From: Chitinophaga pinensis
GTDB taxonomy: Bacteria; Bacteroidota; Bacteroidia; SXHM01
Assembly: GCA_945870105.1 (NCBI GenBank)
Contig: CAMBRL010000001.1
Span: 10,700 to 74,699 of the forward strand
Length of the DNA: 64,000 nucleotides
Reading direction: 5' to 3'
Part shown: in pieces, positions 1 through 7,807 of the stretch
Numbering within the stretch: position 1 is the first letter of the stretch
Layout of the letters: each line of letters starts with the position of its first letter
Notes under the pieces: model-generated
What the model was told of the DNA's origin: nothing
The model's input: the letters and a program-made list of their open reading frames with translations, nothing else
The model's database searches: none
Program-made: the position numbers and the translations under genes

Positions 1-2
1 CT

Positions 3-764
3 TCAAATGGTTGTTCCGGTAGCTCGGCTCCTGTTACTGTTCAGGTATTCCCGGTTCCAAATCCGCAAATACAGGCTGACGGACCGCTGCAATTCTGCGA
101 TGGTGACGATGTGGTGTTAAGTGTGCTTGGAAACTATGCTTCTTATTTGTGGACAAGCGGTTCAACTACACCTGAAATTCTGGTAACAGAAAGCGGACAA
201 TATGGTGTAATTGTAATGGATTTGAATGGTTGTATCGACTCATCACAAGTAGTAAATCCTGTAACGGTTACTGTTTGGGATCCTCAGCCATTTATCCTTG
301 AATCAGGCGATACACTTACCTGCACACCTGCATTTGCAACGTATCAGTGGTATGAGAATGATACCCTTGTAACGGTTCCGGGGTTTAACAGTCAGATACT
401 GATTACGCAGTCAAGCGGAAACTACACCGTAGTAGTTACAGATGCTAACGGCTGTTCAGGCGAATCAAATATTATTGAGCACAGCCAGACTTCAATTGAA
501 GATCTTGCGCTCAATGCTATTATCAGCATTTATCCTAACCCAACTAACAGCGTGTTTACATTCAATGCACAGTTTGAAGGTTATGAAAATCTGAGACTTG
601 AACTTACCAACACTCTTGGTCAGCTGATTATTCCGGTGGAAGATGTGAAAGATGTAATGACCGTAAAACGTGATTACAACCTGAACCATTTGCCTGACGG
701 AATGTATATGCTGACGATAAGAACAGACAAAGGAAGCGTTACGAAGAGAATTGTGAAAAATTAA
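3..764 (+). CDS. secreted Ig-repeat protein with T9SS type A C-terminal sorting domain; 5' end truncated by window edge
   Basis: Frame 3 is open from nt 3, upstream of the listed ORF 111..764. It has repeated modules ending in NGC motifs. The C-terminus IYPNPTNSVFTF...YMLTIRTDKGSVTKRIVK fits the Por secretion tail pattern. A hairpin terminator follows. Confidence 0.8.
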   Translation, partial: SNGCSGSSAPVTVQVFPVPNPQIQADGPLQFCDGDDVVLSVLGNYASYLWTSGSTTPEILVTESGQYGVIVMDLNGCIDSSQVVNPVTVTVWDPQPFILESGDTLTCTPAFATYQWYENDTLVTVPGFNSQILITQSSGNYTVVVTDANGCSGESNIIEHSQTSIEDLALNAIISIYPNPTNSVFTFNAQFEGYENLRLELTNTLGQLIIPVEDVKDVMTVKRDYNLNHLPDGMYMLTIRTDKGSVTKRIVKN

Positions 765-793
765 AAACTGAAATTGTGTAAATCAATTTTTAA

Positions 794-822
794 AGGGGCT
801 GTTTATTCAGCCCCTTTTTTTT
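794..822 (+). terminator. rho-independent terminator
   Basis: Hairpin AGGGGCTG-tttatt-CAGCCCCT followed by a T run, 30 nt after the stop at 764. Confidence 0.75.
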
Positions 823-852
823 GATTGAATTTTAATTTGCTGAAGAATTGAA

Positions 853-1701
853 ATGAAGAATTCCTATTTCCTTGATACACGATCTATTGTCGCCTTCAGG
901 GTAGTATTATCCTGCTTTATTGCATTGGAATTTGCGTTCATGGTATTGGGCAATTTTAGTGATATCTACAGCCCGGAATCAGGTGTGCTTGGAAATTGTT
1001 TTGCTGAAGGGTACACCGCTTCTTATAAAAACGCTAACGGTATTTTTTCCATTAGTAGTGATACAGGAATGAAACTGTTCATTGGAATAATTATCGCAGT
1101 GATGATAGTTTTGGCAACCGGCATCTACACGAGATTAATGGCATTGACAGGTTGTATATTATTGTGGTTGTTTTTCAACCGCTACCAATTACTTTATTTC
1201 GGATGGGAAATGTATGCATCGGTGATGTTGTTTTGGTTGGTTTTGCTGCCTTCTAAATTTTCAGGCAAGAAATATCACTCGCCAATTGTTGCTGCTCTAT
1301 TCTTTCAGATTGGAATTATTTATTTCTACAATGGAATTTCAAAAAACGGTGACCTCTGGATGAATGGTAATGCAGTGGAAAGTTTTCTTTCAGAGGTTGA
1401 TAAAGCAAGAGTAGCAGCAGATTGGCTAATACAAAAACCTTTTCTCACGTCACTATTAACTTACCTTACTCTACTAATTGAAATTGGAATTATTGTTTTG
1501 CTATTTATTCCGGTTCACACAAAGAAGCTACGCTACCTTGTCTGCTTTTTAATTTTTTCTTTGCACTGGGGGATTGATATTTTTGTTGATGTCGGCAATT
1601 TCAAATATGTGGCAACTGCAGTTACACTTTTGCTTTTGTCTTTCTTTGGGAGGCATTGTGGTATGATAAATACAAATTTGATAAAGAAAACAATAAATTA
1701 G
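853..1701 (+). CDS. polytopic membrane protein, HTTM-domain-like
   Basis: ATG start. The N-terminal LDTRSIVAFRVVLSCF resembles the D-x-RS-x-x-FR start of HTTM domains, followed by multiple hydrophobic helices. The family call is from memory. Confidence 0.55.
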   Translation: MKNSYFLDTRSIVAFRVVLSCFIALEFAFMVLGNFSDIYSPESGVLGNCFAEGYTASYKNANGIFSISSDTGMKLFIGIIIAVMIVLATGIYTRLMALTGCILLWLFFNRYQLLYFGWEMYASVMLFWLVLLPSKFSGKKYHSPIVAALFFQIGIIYFYNGISKNGDLWMNGNAVESFLSEVDKARVAADWLIQKPFLTSLLTYLTLLIEIGIIVLLFIPVHTKKLRYLVCFLIFSLHWGIDIFVDVGNFKYVATAVTLLLLSFFGRHCGMINTNLIKKTIN

Positions 1702-2654
1702 AAGATAAGTGGGCTTTAAATTTAGTCTATCATATTGCAGTTCAATTTGTATATGCCGCTGTTATTGCTACTTTAATTTCAACATTTGTTTTTTCTGTTG
1801 TTGAATGGATTCAGTCATTTTATCGGCAGGAATTTATTTTTGGTGTATTTGTAAGGGTTCTATTTTTAGTGCCTTTGTTACACAGATTTATCAGGTACAG
1901 GATTCAAAAAACTCCATTTACATTTGAGCCTGAAATTTCATCATCCGATCTAATTTCAAAATCAAATTGGAAATCTGTTTTGTTTACCGTATTCGTAATT
2001 AGTGCCGCAATAATTTCAGTTATTATTTACCAAAACGCCTCATTTTCATTGAATGCTGTAGTTATCAGCTTTCTTATAGTTACAAGTTTGTTTAGTCTTG
2101 TTTTGATACTATTAAAGTGGCGAACTAAACAGATAGAGAAAAATAAAAAAGAAGAGTTAAGGATGAAGAAGGAAATATCGAAAAAAGATTATATGTCATG
2201 GAAACAGCAAAAATCAGATACTTCAACCAAATCCGAATCAACAAATTCAAACAATCATTCAACAAAATCTGAATCTGTAAGTTCAAATAATCATTCAGTT
2301 AAAACAGAAAAAGTGAGTTCAATTGACAATTCAACTATTTCTATATCGGCTAAAGTAATTTGTAAAATTAGCGGTAGGGTAGAACGAAAAGATTATGGGC
2401 TTAGAATACCAAATGCAAATATTATTTTGTATCGGAATATTGATCCTATCGCCAAAGTTTATTCTGGTGCAGATGGGAATTATTTACTTACTGACATTGA
2501 TTTAAAATCAAATTCTAAATCAGATGAATATTTTATGCGATGCGTTGCTTCTGGCTACAAAATGGCAAATCGTCCTATACTATTAATTCCGGGGGGGGAT
2601 ATTAAAGTAGATTTTGAATTAGAAAAGATCTTGGATAAAACAAGGGTACATTAA
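1656..2654 (+). CDS. membrane protein with C-terminal carboxypeptidase-regulatory-like domain
   Basis: Several TM helices are followed by a K/E-rich linker and a 3 x 12-aa S/T/N repeat. The C-terminal motif is ISGRVERKD..ANIILYRN..SGADGNYLLTDI. Only a TTG start is available, and it overlaps the upstream gene by 46 nt. Confidence 0.55.
   Translation: MWYDKYKFDKENNKLEDKWALNLVYHIAVQFVYAAVIATLISTFVFSVVEWIQSFYRQEFIFGVFVRVLFLVPLLHRFIRYRIQKTPFTFEPEISSSDLISKSNWKSVLFTVFVISAAIISVIIYQNASFSLNAVVISFLIVTSLFSLVLILLKWRTKQIEKNKKEELRMKKEISKKDYMSWKQQKSDTSTKSESTNSNNHSTKSESVSSNNHSVKTEKVSSIDNSTISISAKVICKISGRVERKDYGLRIPNANIILYRNIDPIAKVYSGADGNYLLTDIDLKSNSKSDEYFMRCVASGYKMANRPILLIPGGDIKVDFELEKILDKTRVH
2223..2330 (+). 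repeat. 3 x 36-nt in-frame tandem repeat inside CDS 1656..2654
   Basis: Encodes STKSESTNSNNH / STKSESVSSNNH / SVKTEKVSSIDN. Confidence 0.8.
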
Positions 2655-2837
2655 TACCATATCTATATTCTTCTTTCCCCAGTTGAGCTTAGAGTCTCGC
2701 TACGCTCAGTTTAACAGGCGTCCCGCCTACTTTGTACCTCTGCGTACTCTTCCTTTGCGGCTAAACGCTGCTTTAAAAAATCCTTGCCCATCCGCCTCAT
2801 CCCTGCCTGCCGGCAGGCAAGGCGTGTCATCCGCGTG

Positions 2838-2872
2838 CCATCCTCCATCCTCCAACCTCCATCCTCCACCTT
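2838..2872 (+). repeat. 7-nt microsatellite-like repeat (CCATCCT type), about 5 units
   Basis: ccatcct ccatcct ccaacct ccatcct ccacctt, read directly from the sequence. Confidence 0.7.
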
Positions 2873-2916
2873 CCCAAACCCCCATTCCCTATATAAACAC
2901 CTTCTCAACATCAATT

Positions 2917-3321
2917 CAAAGCCATCTTACATTCTCCAAAACACCTCTCACCGTTTCCTGAACGCCTCGTACACACCTCAGAACGCATCTTACAACCTTC
3001 AGAACGCCTCTTACAAGTTCCAGAACCCCTCTTACCAATTCTTGAAACTCCTCACATTCTTCAGAACCTCTATTACAACTTCCTGAACGCCTCTTACCTC
3101 GCCTCAGGCGAGGCTTACAATCTCCTGAACGCCTCGTACACTTTCCAAAATGCCTCTTACAATCTCCGGAACACCGCTTACAACTTCCCGAATGCCGCTT
3201 ACACGCTCCCGAACGTCTCTTACACCGTTTTGAAACTCCTTACATCCTCCGGAATGCCTCTTACGCGCTTCAAAACACCACTTACAACTTCCTGAACGCA
3301 TCTGTCAACACCTTCGGAAAC
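2917..3321 (+). repeat. degenerate 21-nt-period tandem array A (about 19 units), noncoding
   Basis: Units include CTGAACGCCTCGTACACACCT, CAGAACGCATCTTACAACCTT, CAGAACGCCTCTTACAAGTTC, CCGAATGCCGCTTACACGCTC. The strand is G-poor and no coherent reading frame crosses the array. Confidence 0.85.
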
Positions 3322-3372
3322 GTTTTTTCAGAATGAAACACTATTGATTTTTCAGAAAACGTACACTATCGT

Positions 3373-3417
3373 CCCTCTCCTTATTTCCAAGGAGAGGGAT
3401 AAGAGGGTGAGGTCACC
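3373..3417. repeat. short palindromic intergenic element
   Basis: Hairpin CCCTCTCC-ttatttccaa-GGAGAGGG followed by ataagagggtgaggtcacc. This is related in style to the CCCTCCCC-ttt-GGGGAGGG hairpin at 3547..3565. Confidence 0.5.
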
Positions 3418-3506
3418 CCGATATTATCTTTTTGTAAACAAACAGCTTTGCCTTTGCCTCCCCCTTTTTTGTTTCCCCCTAATCTCTAACTTGCAGCCCC
3501 AAACCA

Positions 3507-6149
3507 ATGATGAATAAACTTCTTTTAACATTCATGCTGCTTTTCTCCCTCCCCTTTGGGGAGGGCTGGGGAGGGGCTGCCTTTGCCCAGTTCACCGACA
3601 ACTTCACCGACACCGACTTCACCGCCAACCCCTTGTGGACAGGCGAAACCACCAAGTTTGAAGTGGACGGAAGTTTCCAACTCCACCTCAATGCACCCGC
3701 CCTCAGTGATACCGCCTACCTCGCCACCGCCAACAGCGTTGTCTTTTCCGATACCATCCAGTGGGAGTTTTATTTCCGCATGAACTTCGACCCCAGCAAC
3801 AGCAACAACCTTAAAATATATTTAGTCAGCGACCAGGAAAACCTGCGCGGTGATTTAAACGGATACTACCTCCGCTTTGGTGAAAACGGCTCCACCGACC
3901 GTCTCAAATTCTTCAAACAAAGCGGCACCACCGGCACCGAACTCTTTGCAGGAACAGTAAACTCCTTTGGCATCAACCCTGCCGAAGGCAGAATAAAAGT
4001 AGAGCGCTTTCCCGATGGAACATGGAACTTTTATTCCGACAGCACCACCGGAAATAACTTTGCTCTGGAAGGAAGTGTGAACGATGTTACGTTCCTCACC
4101 ACCTCTTACTTTGGTGTATCCTGCAAATACACTAGCAGCAACAACGCAAACTTTTTCTTCGATGATTTTAATGTCTCAGGCTCCACCTTTGTGGATGATA
4201 TTTTGCCCGAAGTAACAGCCGTTTCCATCACCTCAACCAACTCGTTGGATGTTGTTTTCTCCGAAACCGTTAGTCAGTCCAGTGCCGAAACGCTCACCAA
4301 CTATTCAGCCGACAACGCACTTGGAAATCCCCAAACCGCCACGCGCGATGTAGCAAACGCCAACATCGTACACCTCACCTTTGCCACCAACTTTACACCC
4401 GGAACACTCTACACACTCACCATCTCCAACGTGCAGGATGCTGCCGGAAACACAATGCTTTCCTCACAACATCCCTTCGTCTATTATTTCCCGCAGCGCT
4501 ACGATGTAGTCTTCAACGAAGTAATGGCCGACCCATCTCCCTATGTCGGTATTCCCGAGTTTGAATACACCGAATTGTATAACCGCACACAGGTTCCCAT
4601 CAATGTAAAAGACTGGAAGTTCACCTATGGCACCACCACCAAACTCTTACCTGATGCCGTTATCCTCCCTGATAGTTTTATGGTGCTCACCACCGATGAT
4701 GCCTTTATTTACATGCAGGGCTACGGCAACGTAGTGCAGGTCGAAGGGCTTTCCACCACCGCCCTCACCAATGACGGGCAAACATTGTTATTGCAGGACA
4801 GCACGGGTAACATCATACACACATTGGTTTATTCCATCGACTGGTATGCCGACAATGACAAGGAAGAAGGCGGCTGGTCGCTCGAACAGATTGACCCCGA
4901 TTACGTTTGCGGTGAAGCCAGCAACTGGCGCGCCAGCAACAACATTGCAGGCGGCACACCCGGAAGAACCAATTCCGTTAACGCCCCCAACCCAGATGCT
5001 GAAGCACCCGAGCCGGAACGTGTGAGCGTTGTTAGCAACACTACCATCACCGTTTTCTTCAGCGAAAAGTTAGACAGCCTCTTTGCAATCAACACCGCCA
5101 ACTTTTTTATTGACAACGGAATTGCAACACCACTTTCTGCAAGCATTTCTTTTCCCGCGATGAACGTTGTTACACTCTCACTTGCTCAACCTCTCCAACT
5201 CCAAACCATCTACAACCTCTACGTAAGCAACATGCAGGACTGCGCTGCCAATGCTATACAAGACAGCATCGGGGTGCGCTTTGCCATTCCCGAATTCCCT
5301 GATACAAACGACATCATCGTAAACGAAATTCTCTTCTACCCTTATGATGATGGTGTGGACTTTGTTGAGGTGTATAACCGCTCCTCAAAAGTGATTGACC
5401 TCAAGAGTTTGCGCATCGCCAACTTCGATACCATTGGCGTTCCTCCCATCAACCAGAAAATAATTGCACCCCTCGGCTACCTGCTTTTCCCCGGTGAATA
5501 CCTGGTGCTCACCACTTCACCCGATGCAGTAAAGTCTGATTACTCAACTACTAATCCAAACGGCTTTCTCAAAGTTGTTTCCATGCCATCCTTCAACTTG
5601 GATGCAGGTTCTGTCGTCCTCAACGACACACTCGGCAACATCATTGACCTGCTCATTTACGATGAAGCCATGCACATCCCTTTGCTCAACAGCTTTAAAG
5701 GTGTTTCGCTCGAACGCATTGCATTCGACCGCCCTTCTTCTGATCGTACCAACTGGCACTCAGCAGCTGAAACCGTGGGCTTTGCAACACCTGCTTACCA
5801 AAACTCTCAGTTCGATGTTCCGCAAATCGAAGACAATCCCATCACCGTTGAACCCGAAATCTTTTCGCCAGACAACGATGGCTACAACGATGTTATAAAT
5901 TTCAACTACACGTTCGACACACCCGGTTTTATTGCCAGCATCACCATCTACGATGCCCGCGGAAGAACAATAAAAAAACTGTTCACCAATGAATTACTCG
6001 GCACCACCGGCACCATCTCCTGGGACGGAATAAACGAAAACAGCGAGAAAGCGCGCATCGGAGTTTACGTTGCGTTCATTGAACTCTTCAACACCTCAGG
6101 TGAGCAGAAGAACTACAAGAAGTCGTTTGTATTGGGCGGAAAGTTGTAG
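3507..6149 (+). CDS. large secreted protein with lamin-tail-like (LTD) domains and T9SS type B (gliding-motility-associated) C-terminal sorting domain
   Basis: Signal peptide MMNKLLLTFMLLFSLPF..AFAQ. There are two LTD-like segments (VVFNEVMADPSP.., IIVNEILFYPYDDGVDFVEVYNRS). The C-terminal IFSPDNDGYNDVINF motif is typical of type B CTDs. Confidence 0.8.
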   Translation: MMNKLLLTFMLLFSLPFGEGWGGAAFAQFTDNFTDTDFTANPLWTGETTKFEVDGSFQLHLNAPALSDTAYLATANSVVFSDTIQWEFYFRMNFDPSNSNNLKIYLVSDQENLRGDLNGYYLRFGENGSTDRLKFFKQSGTTGTELFAGTVNSFGINPAEGRIKVERFPDGTWNFYSDSTTGNNFALEGSVNDVTFLTTSYFGVSCKYTSSNNANFFFDDFNVSGSTFVDDILPEVTAVSITSTNSLDVVFSETVSQSSAETLTNYSADNALGNPQTATRDVANANIVHLTFATNFTPGTLYTLTISNVQDAAGNTMLSSQHPFVYYFPQRYDVVFNEVMADPSPYVGIPEFEYTELYNRTQVPINVKDWKFTYGTTTKLLPDAVILPDSFMVLTTDDAFIYMQGYGNVVQVEGLSTTALTNDGQTLLLQDSTGNIIHTLVYSIDWYADNDKEEGGWSLEQIDPDYVCGEASNWRASNNIAGGTPGRTNSVNAPNPDAEAPEPERVSVVSNTTITVFFSEKLDSLFAINTANFFIDNGIATPLSASISFPAMNVVTLSLAQPLQLQTIYNLYVSNMQDCAANAIQDSIGVRFAIPEFPDTNDIIVNEILFYPYDDGVDFVEVYNRSSKVIDLKSLRIANFDTIGVPPINQKIIAPLGYLLFPGEYLVLTTSPDAVKSDYSTTNPNGFLKVVSMPSFNLDAGSVVLNDTLGNIIDLLIYDEAMHIPLLNSFKGVSLERIAFDRPSSDRTNWHSAAETVGFATPAYQNSQFDVPQIEDNPITVEPEIFSPDNDGYNDVINFNYTFDTPGFIASITIYDARGRTIKKLFTNELLGTTGTISWDGINENSEKARIGVYVAFIELFNTSGEQKNYKKSFVLGGKL

Positions 6150-7022
6150 TTAACTTCTTAAAAGTAATACTACAGCCCACTGAATAATCATTGTGCCTTC
6201 AATGCCCAGTGAATAAAATAGTTCTTTGCATTGGCTGTTAATCATTAATACCAATGCCGCTGAAACCAATGCTGAAATTACCAATGCACAGAATTCATGT
6301 GTATTGCAAAAGCCAAAGTTGCAGCGAACAAATGAACTTGCAATAAAAATGAATAAGAGAAATAAGGAAATGTATTTAGACTTCTCTATTCCGAAACGGG
6401 AAGGAATAGTAGCAATGTGTTTATCGCTGTCATAAGTCAAATCACGAATATCAAATGGAATGGTAATGGCAAAAATGAAAACAGCGCGTGAGAAGAACAG
6501 CAGAAAATTTTTCGGTTGCAGCAGCTCTGCGAGTCCGCTCTGCTCCACTAGCGCTAGTCCAACTGTGAATGTTGCCCACACCCATGCCACCAAAAATATT
6601 TTCACAAACGGAAGTTCGCGCAAGCGTATTATTTTCATTCCCGGCAGCTTAATCGGAACAGCATAACCCAAGGCAAACACTCCCGGAACAAGTAAAAATA
6701 ACAACGTGTCTTTTTTTAAAGCGGTAAGTTCGGCAATAGAAACTATCAGTGATAAAACAGCAAATGCCCATATAAACTTTTCATGTTTCACAATCCAGTT
6801 GTGGCGTGTCGAACGAAAAGCAGAAGATTTTAAACCCTTCATGCCTTCAATCAGGTTAAGGTTGTAAACAAGCAGTGTGGAGAAAAACACAAATACCAGC
6901 AGGTGTAAATCACCGGTGGTTAATTCCTTCCCCAGTTGCGATAAATGAGTTAAGCCAACCGAAGAAAAAGCAATTAAAAAGTTTCCGAAAACAAAGTAGT
7001 ATATGGGTTTTCGCAGCAGCAT
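6150..7022 (-). CDS. polytopic membrane protein, weak UbiA-prenyltransferase-like features
   Basis: About 8 hydrophobic helices, with an Asp-rich PFDIRDLTYDSD motif. I prefer ATG 7022 (TAATG junction with the upstream stop) over the TTG at 7046 used by the ORF track. Confidence 0.6.
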   Translation of the reverse strand: MLLRKPIYYFVFGNFLIAFSSVGLTHLSQLGKELTTGDLHLLVFVFFSTLLVYNLNLIEGMKGLKSSAFRSTRHNWIVKHEKFIWAFAVLSLIVSIAELTALKKDTLLFLLVPGVFALGYAVPIKLPGMKIIRLRELPFVKIFLVAWVWATFTVGLALVEQSGLAELLQPKNFLLFFSRAVFIFAITIPFDIRDLTYDSDKHIATIPSRFGIEKSKYISLFLLFIFIASSFVRCNFGFCNTHEFCALVISALVSAALVLMINSQCKELFYSLGIEGTMIIQWAVVLLLRS

Positions 7023-7807
7023 TAAAAACCGCGGAATACTGCCCAATAAAGAGGGATACCAACAGCAAGCCCAATTAATCCGCCTTCAGCAGCTGCAATT
7101 ATTTTACGTTTACGTGCTGCTTTGCTGTAGCCTGCAAGATAGGCTTCATCCTGAATGTACTCAGGATGTGAAACCAAACGTTCGTTTGGTTTTTGTCTGG
7201 TGGTCCCCAACACTAAGATATATGTTGCAGGGGCAATTGGTCCGTAAAATGCTCCCAAGCCTGAACCTATTGTGCTAATTCCGGCAGAAGTCCACAGTGC
7301 AGCTGCTTTTTTAACTTTCTTTCCGTCTTGCGCACCATAGATGTATCTGCGCATTTCTTCCACTGTGTAATCCACCTCTGGTTCTACCACATCAGTTACC
7401 AAAAAGCCAAGCGTATCGGGGCTATAAATTATTTCTTCTTTACCATCAGCATGAGTAATGCTGAAAATATTCTCCTTCGCCACTCTTTTAAGTGTACTGT
7501 ATTTCACATGAGCCTTTGCAGTAACTTCTTTCTTCTTTAATTGTTGCAGCGCAATTGATTTTTGAAAAGCATCTTTTTGGTCGTTAGTGTTAATTTTTTC
7601 TTGCAATTGCTTAAAACTATTTTCAATTAAAGTCAACTTCTCTTCATCAACTTCTTTTTTTTGTTTTTTCCCGTAGTAAATACTGTTGTTGTCTTGATAC
7701 AAGACATAACCTGTTCTCTCCTTCCCATTGGTAAAAAGCACTTTGTCCTGCCCGAAACCAAAGACAGGAAGCAACAGAAATAAAAGAATAGAGAAGTGCT
7801 TTATCAT
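7022..7807 (-). CDS. hypothetical exported/membrane protein
   Basis: N-terminal signal peptide MIKHFSILLFLLLPVFGFGQ and two C-terminal hydrophobic segments. Its start overlaps the upstream stop (ATGA). Confidence 0.65.
   Translation of the reverse strand: MIKHFSILLFLLLPVFGFGQDKVLFTNGKERTGYVLYQDNNSIYYGKKQKKEVDEEKLTLIENSFKQLQEKINTNDQKDAFQKSIALQQLKKKEVTAKAHVKYSTLKRVAKENIFSITHADGKEEIIYSPDTLGFLVTDVVEPEVDYTVEEMRRYIYGAQDGKKVKKAAALWTSAGISTIGSGLGAFYGPIAPATYILVLGTTRQKPNERLVSHPEYIQDEAYLAGYSKAARKRKIIAAAEGGLIGLAVGIPLYWAVFRGF

Noticed and set aside
2683-3301. ORFs 2683..2961(+), 2784..3086(+) and 3104..3301(-) as genes for heptad-repeat proteins (NASY.. / GVRDVRERVSGIREVV..).
   Set aside because: They lie in different frames and on different strands over the same 21-nt DNA array, are interrupted by stops, and have no credible start context or signal. 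The heptads are simply the translation of a 21-nt DNA period.
2917-3321. The 21-nt arrays (also 22903..23238 and 43613..43738) as CRISPR arrays.
   Set aside because: The units are contiguous with no spacers. The repeats are degenerate rather than near-identical, the period is only 21 nt, and no cas genes are in the window.
2917-3321. The minus strand of array A as a CsrB/RsmZ-like GGA-repeat sponge RNA.
   Set aside because: The GGA/AGG motifs recur each unit. However, the purine-rich strand has almost no C to form the hairpin loops that present GGA in Csr/Rsm sRNAs. To my knowledge CsrA is generally absent from Bacteroidota. I keep it only as a remote hypothesis inside the array A finding.
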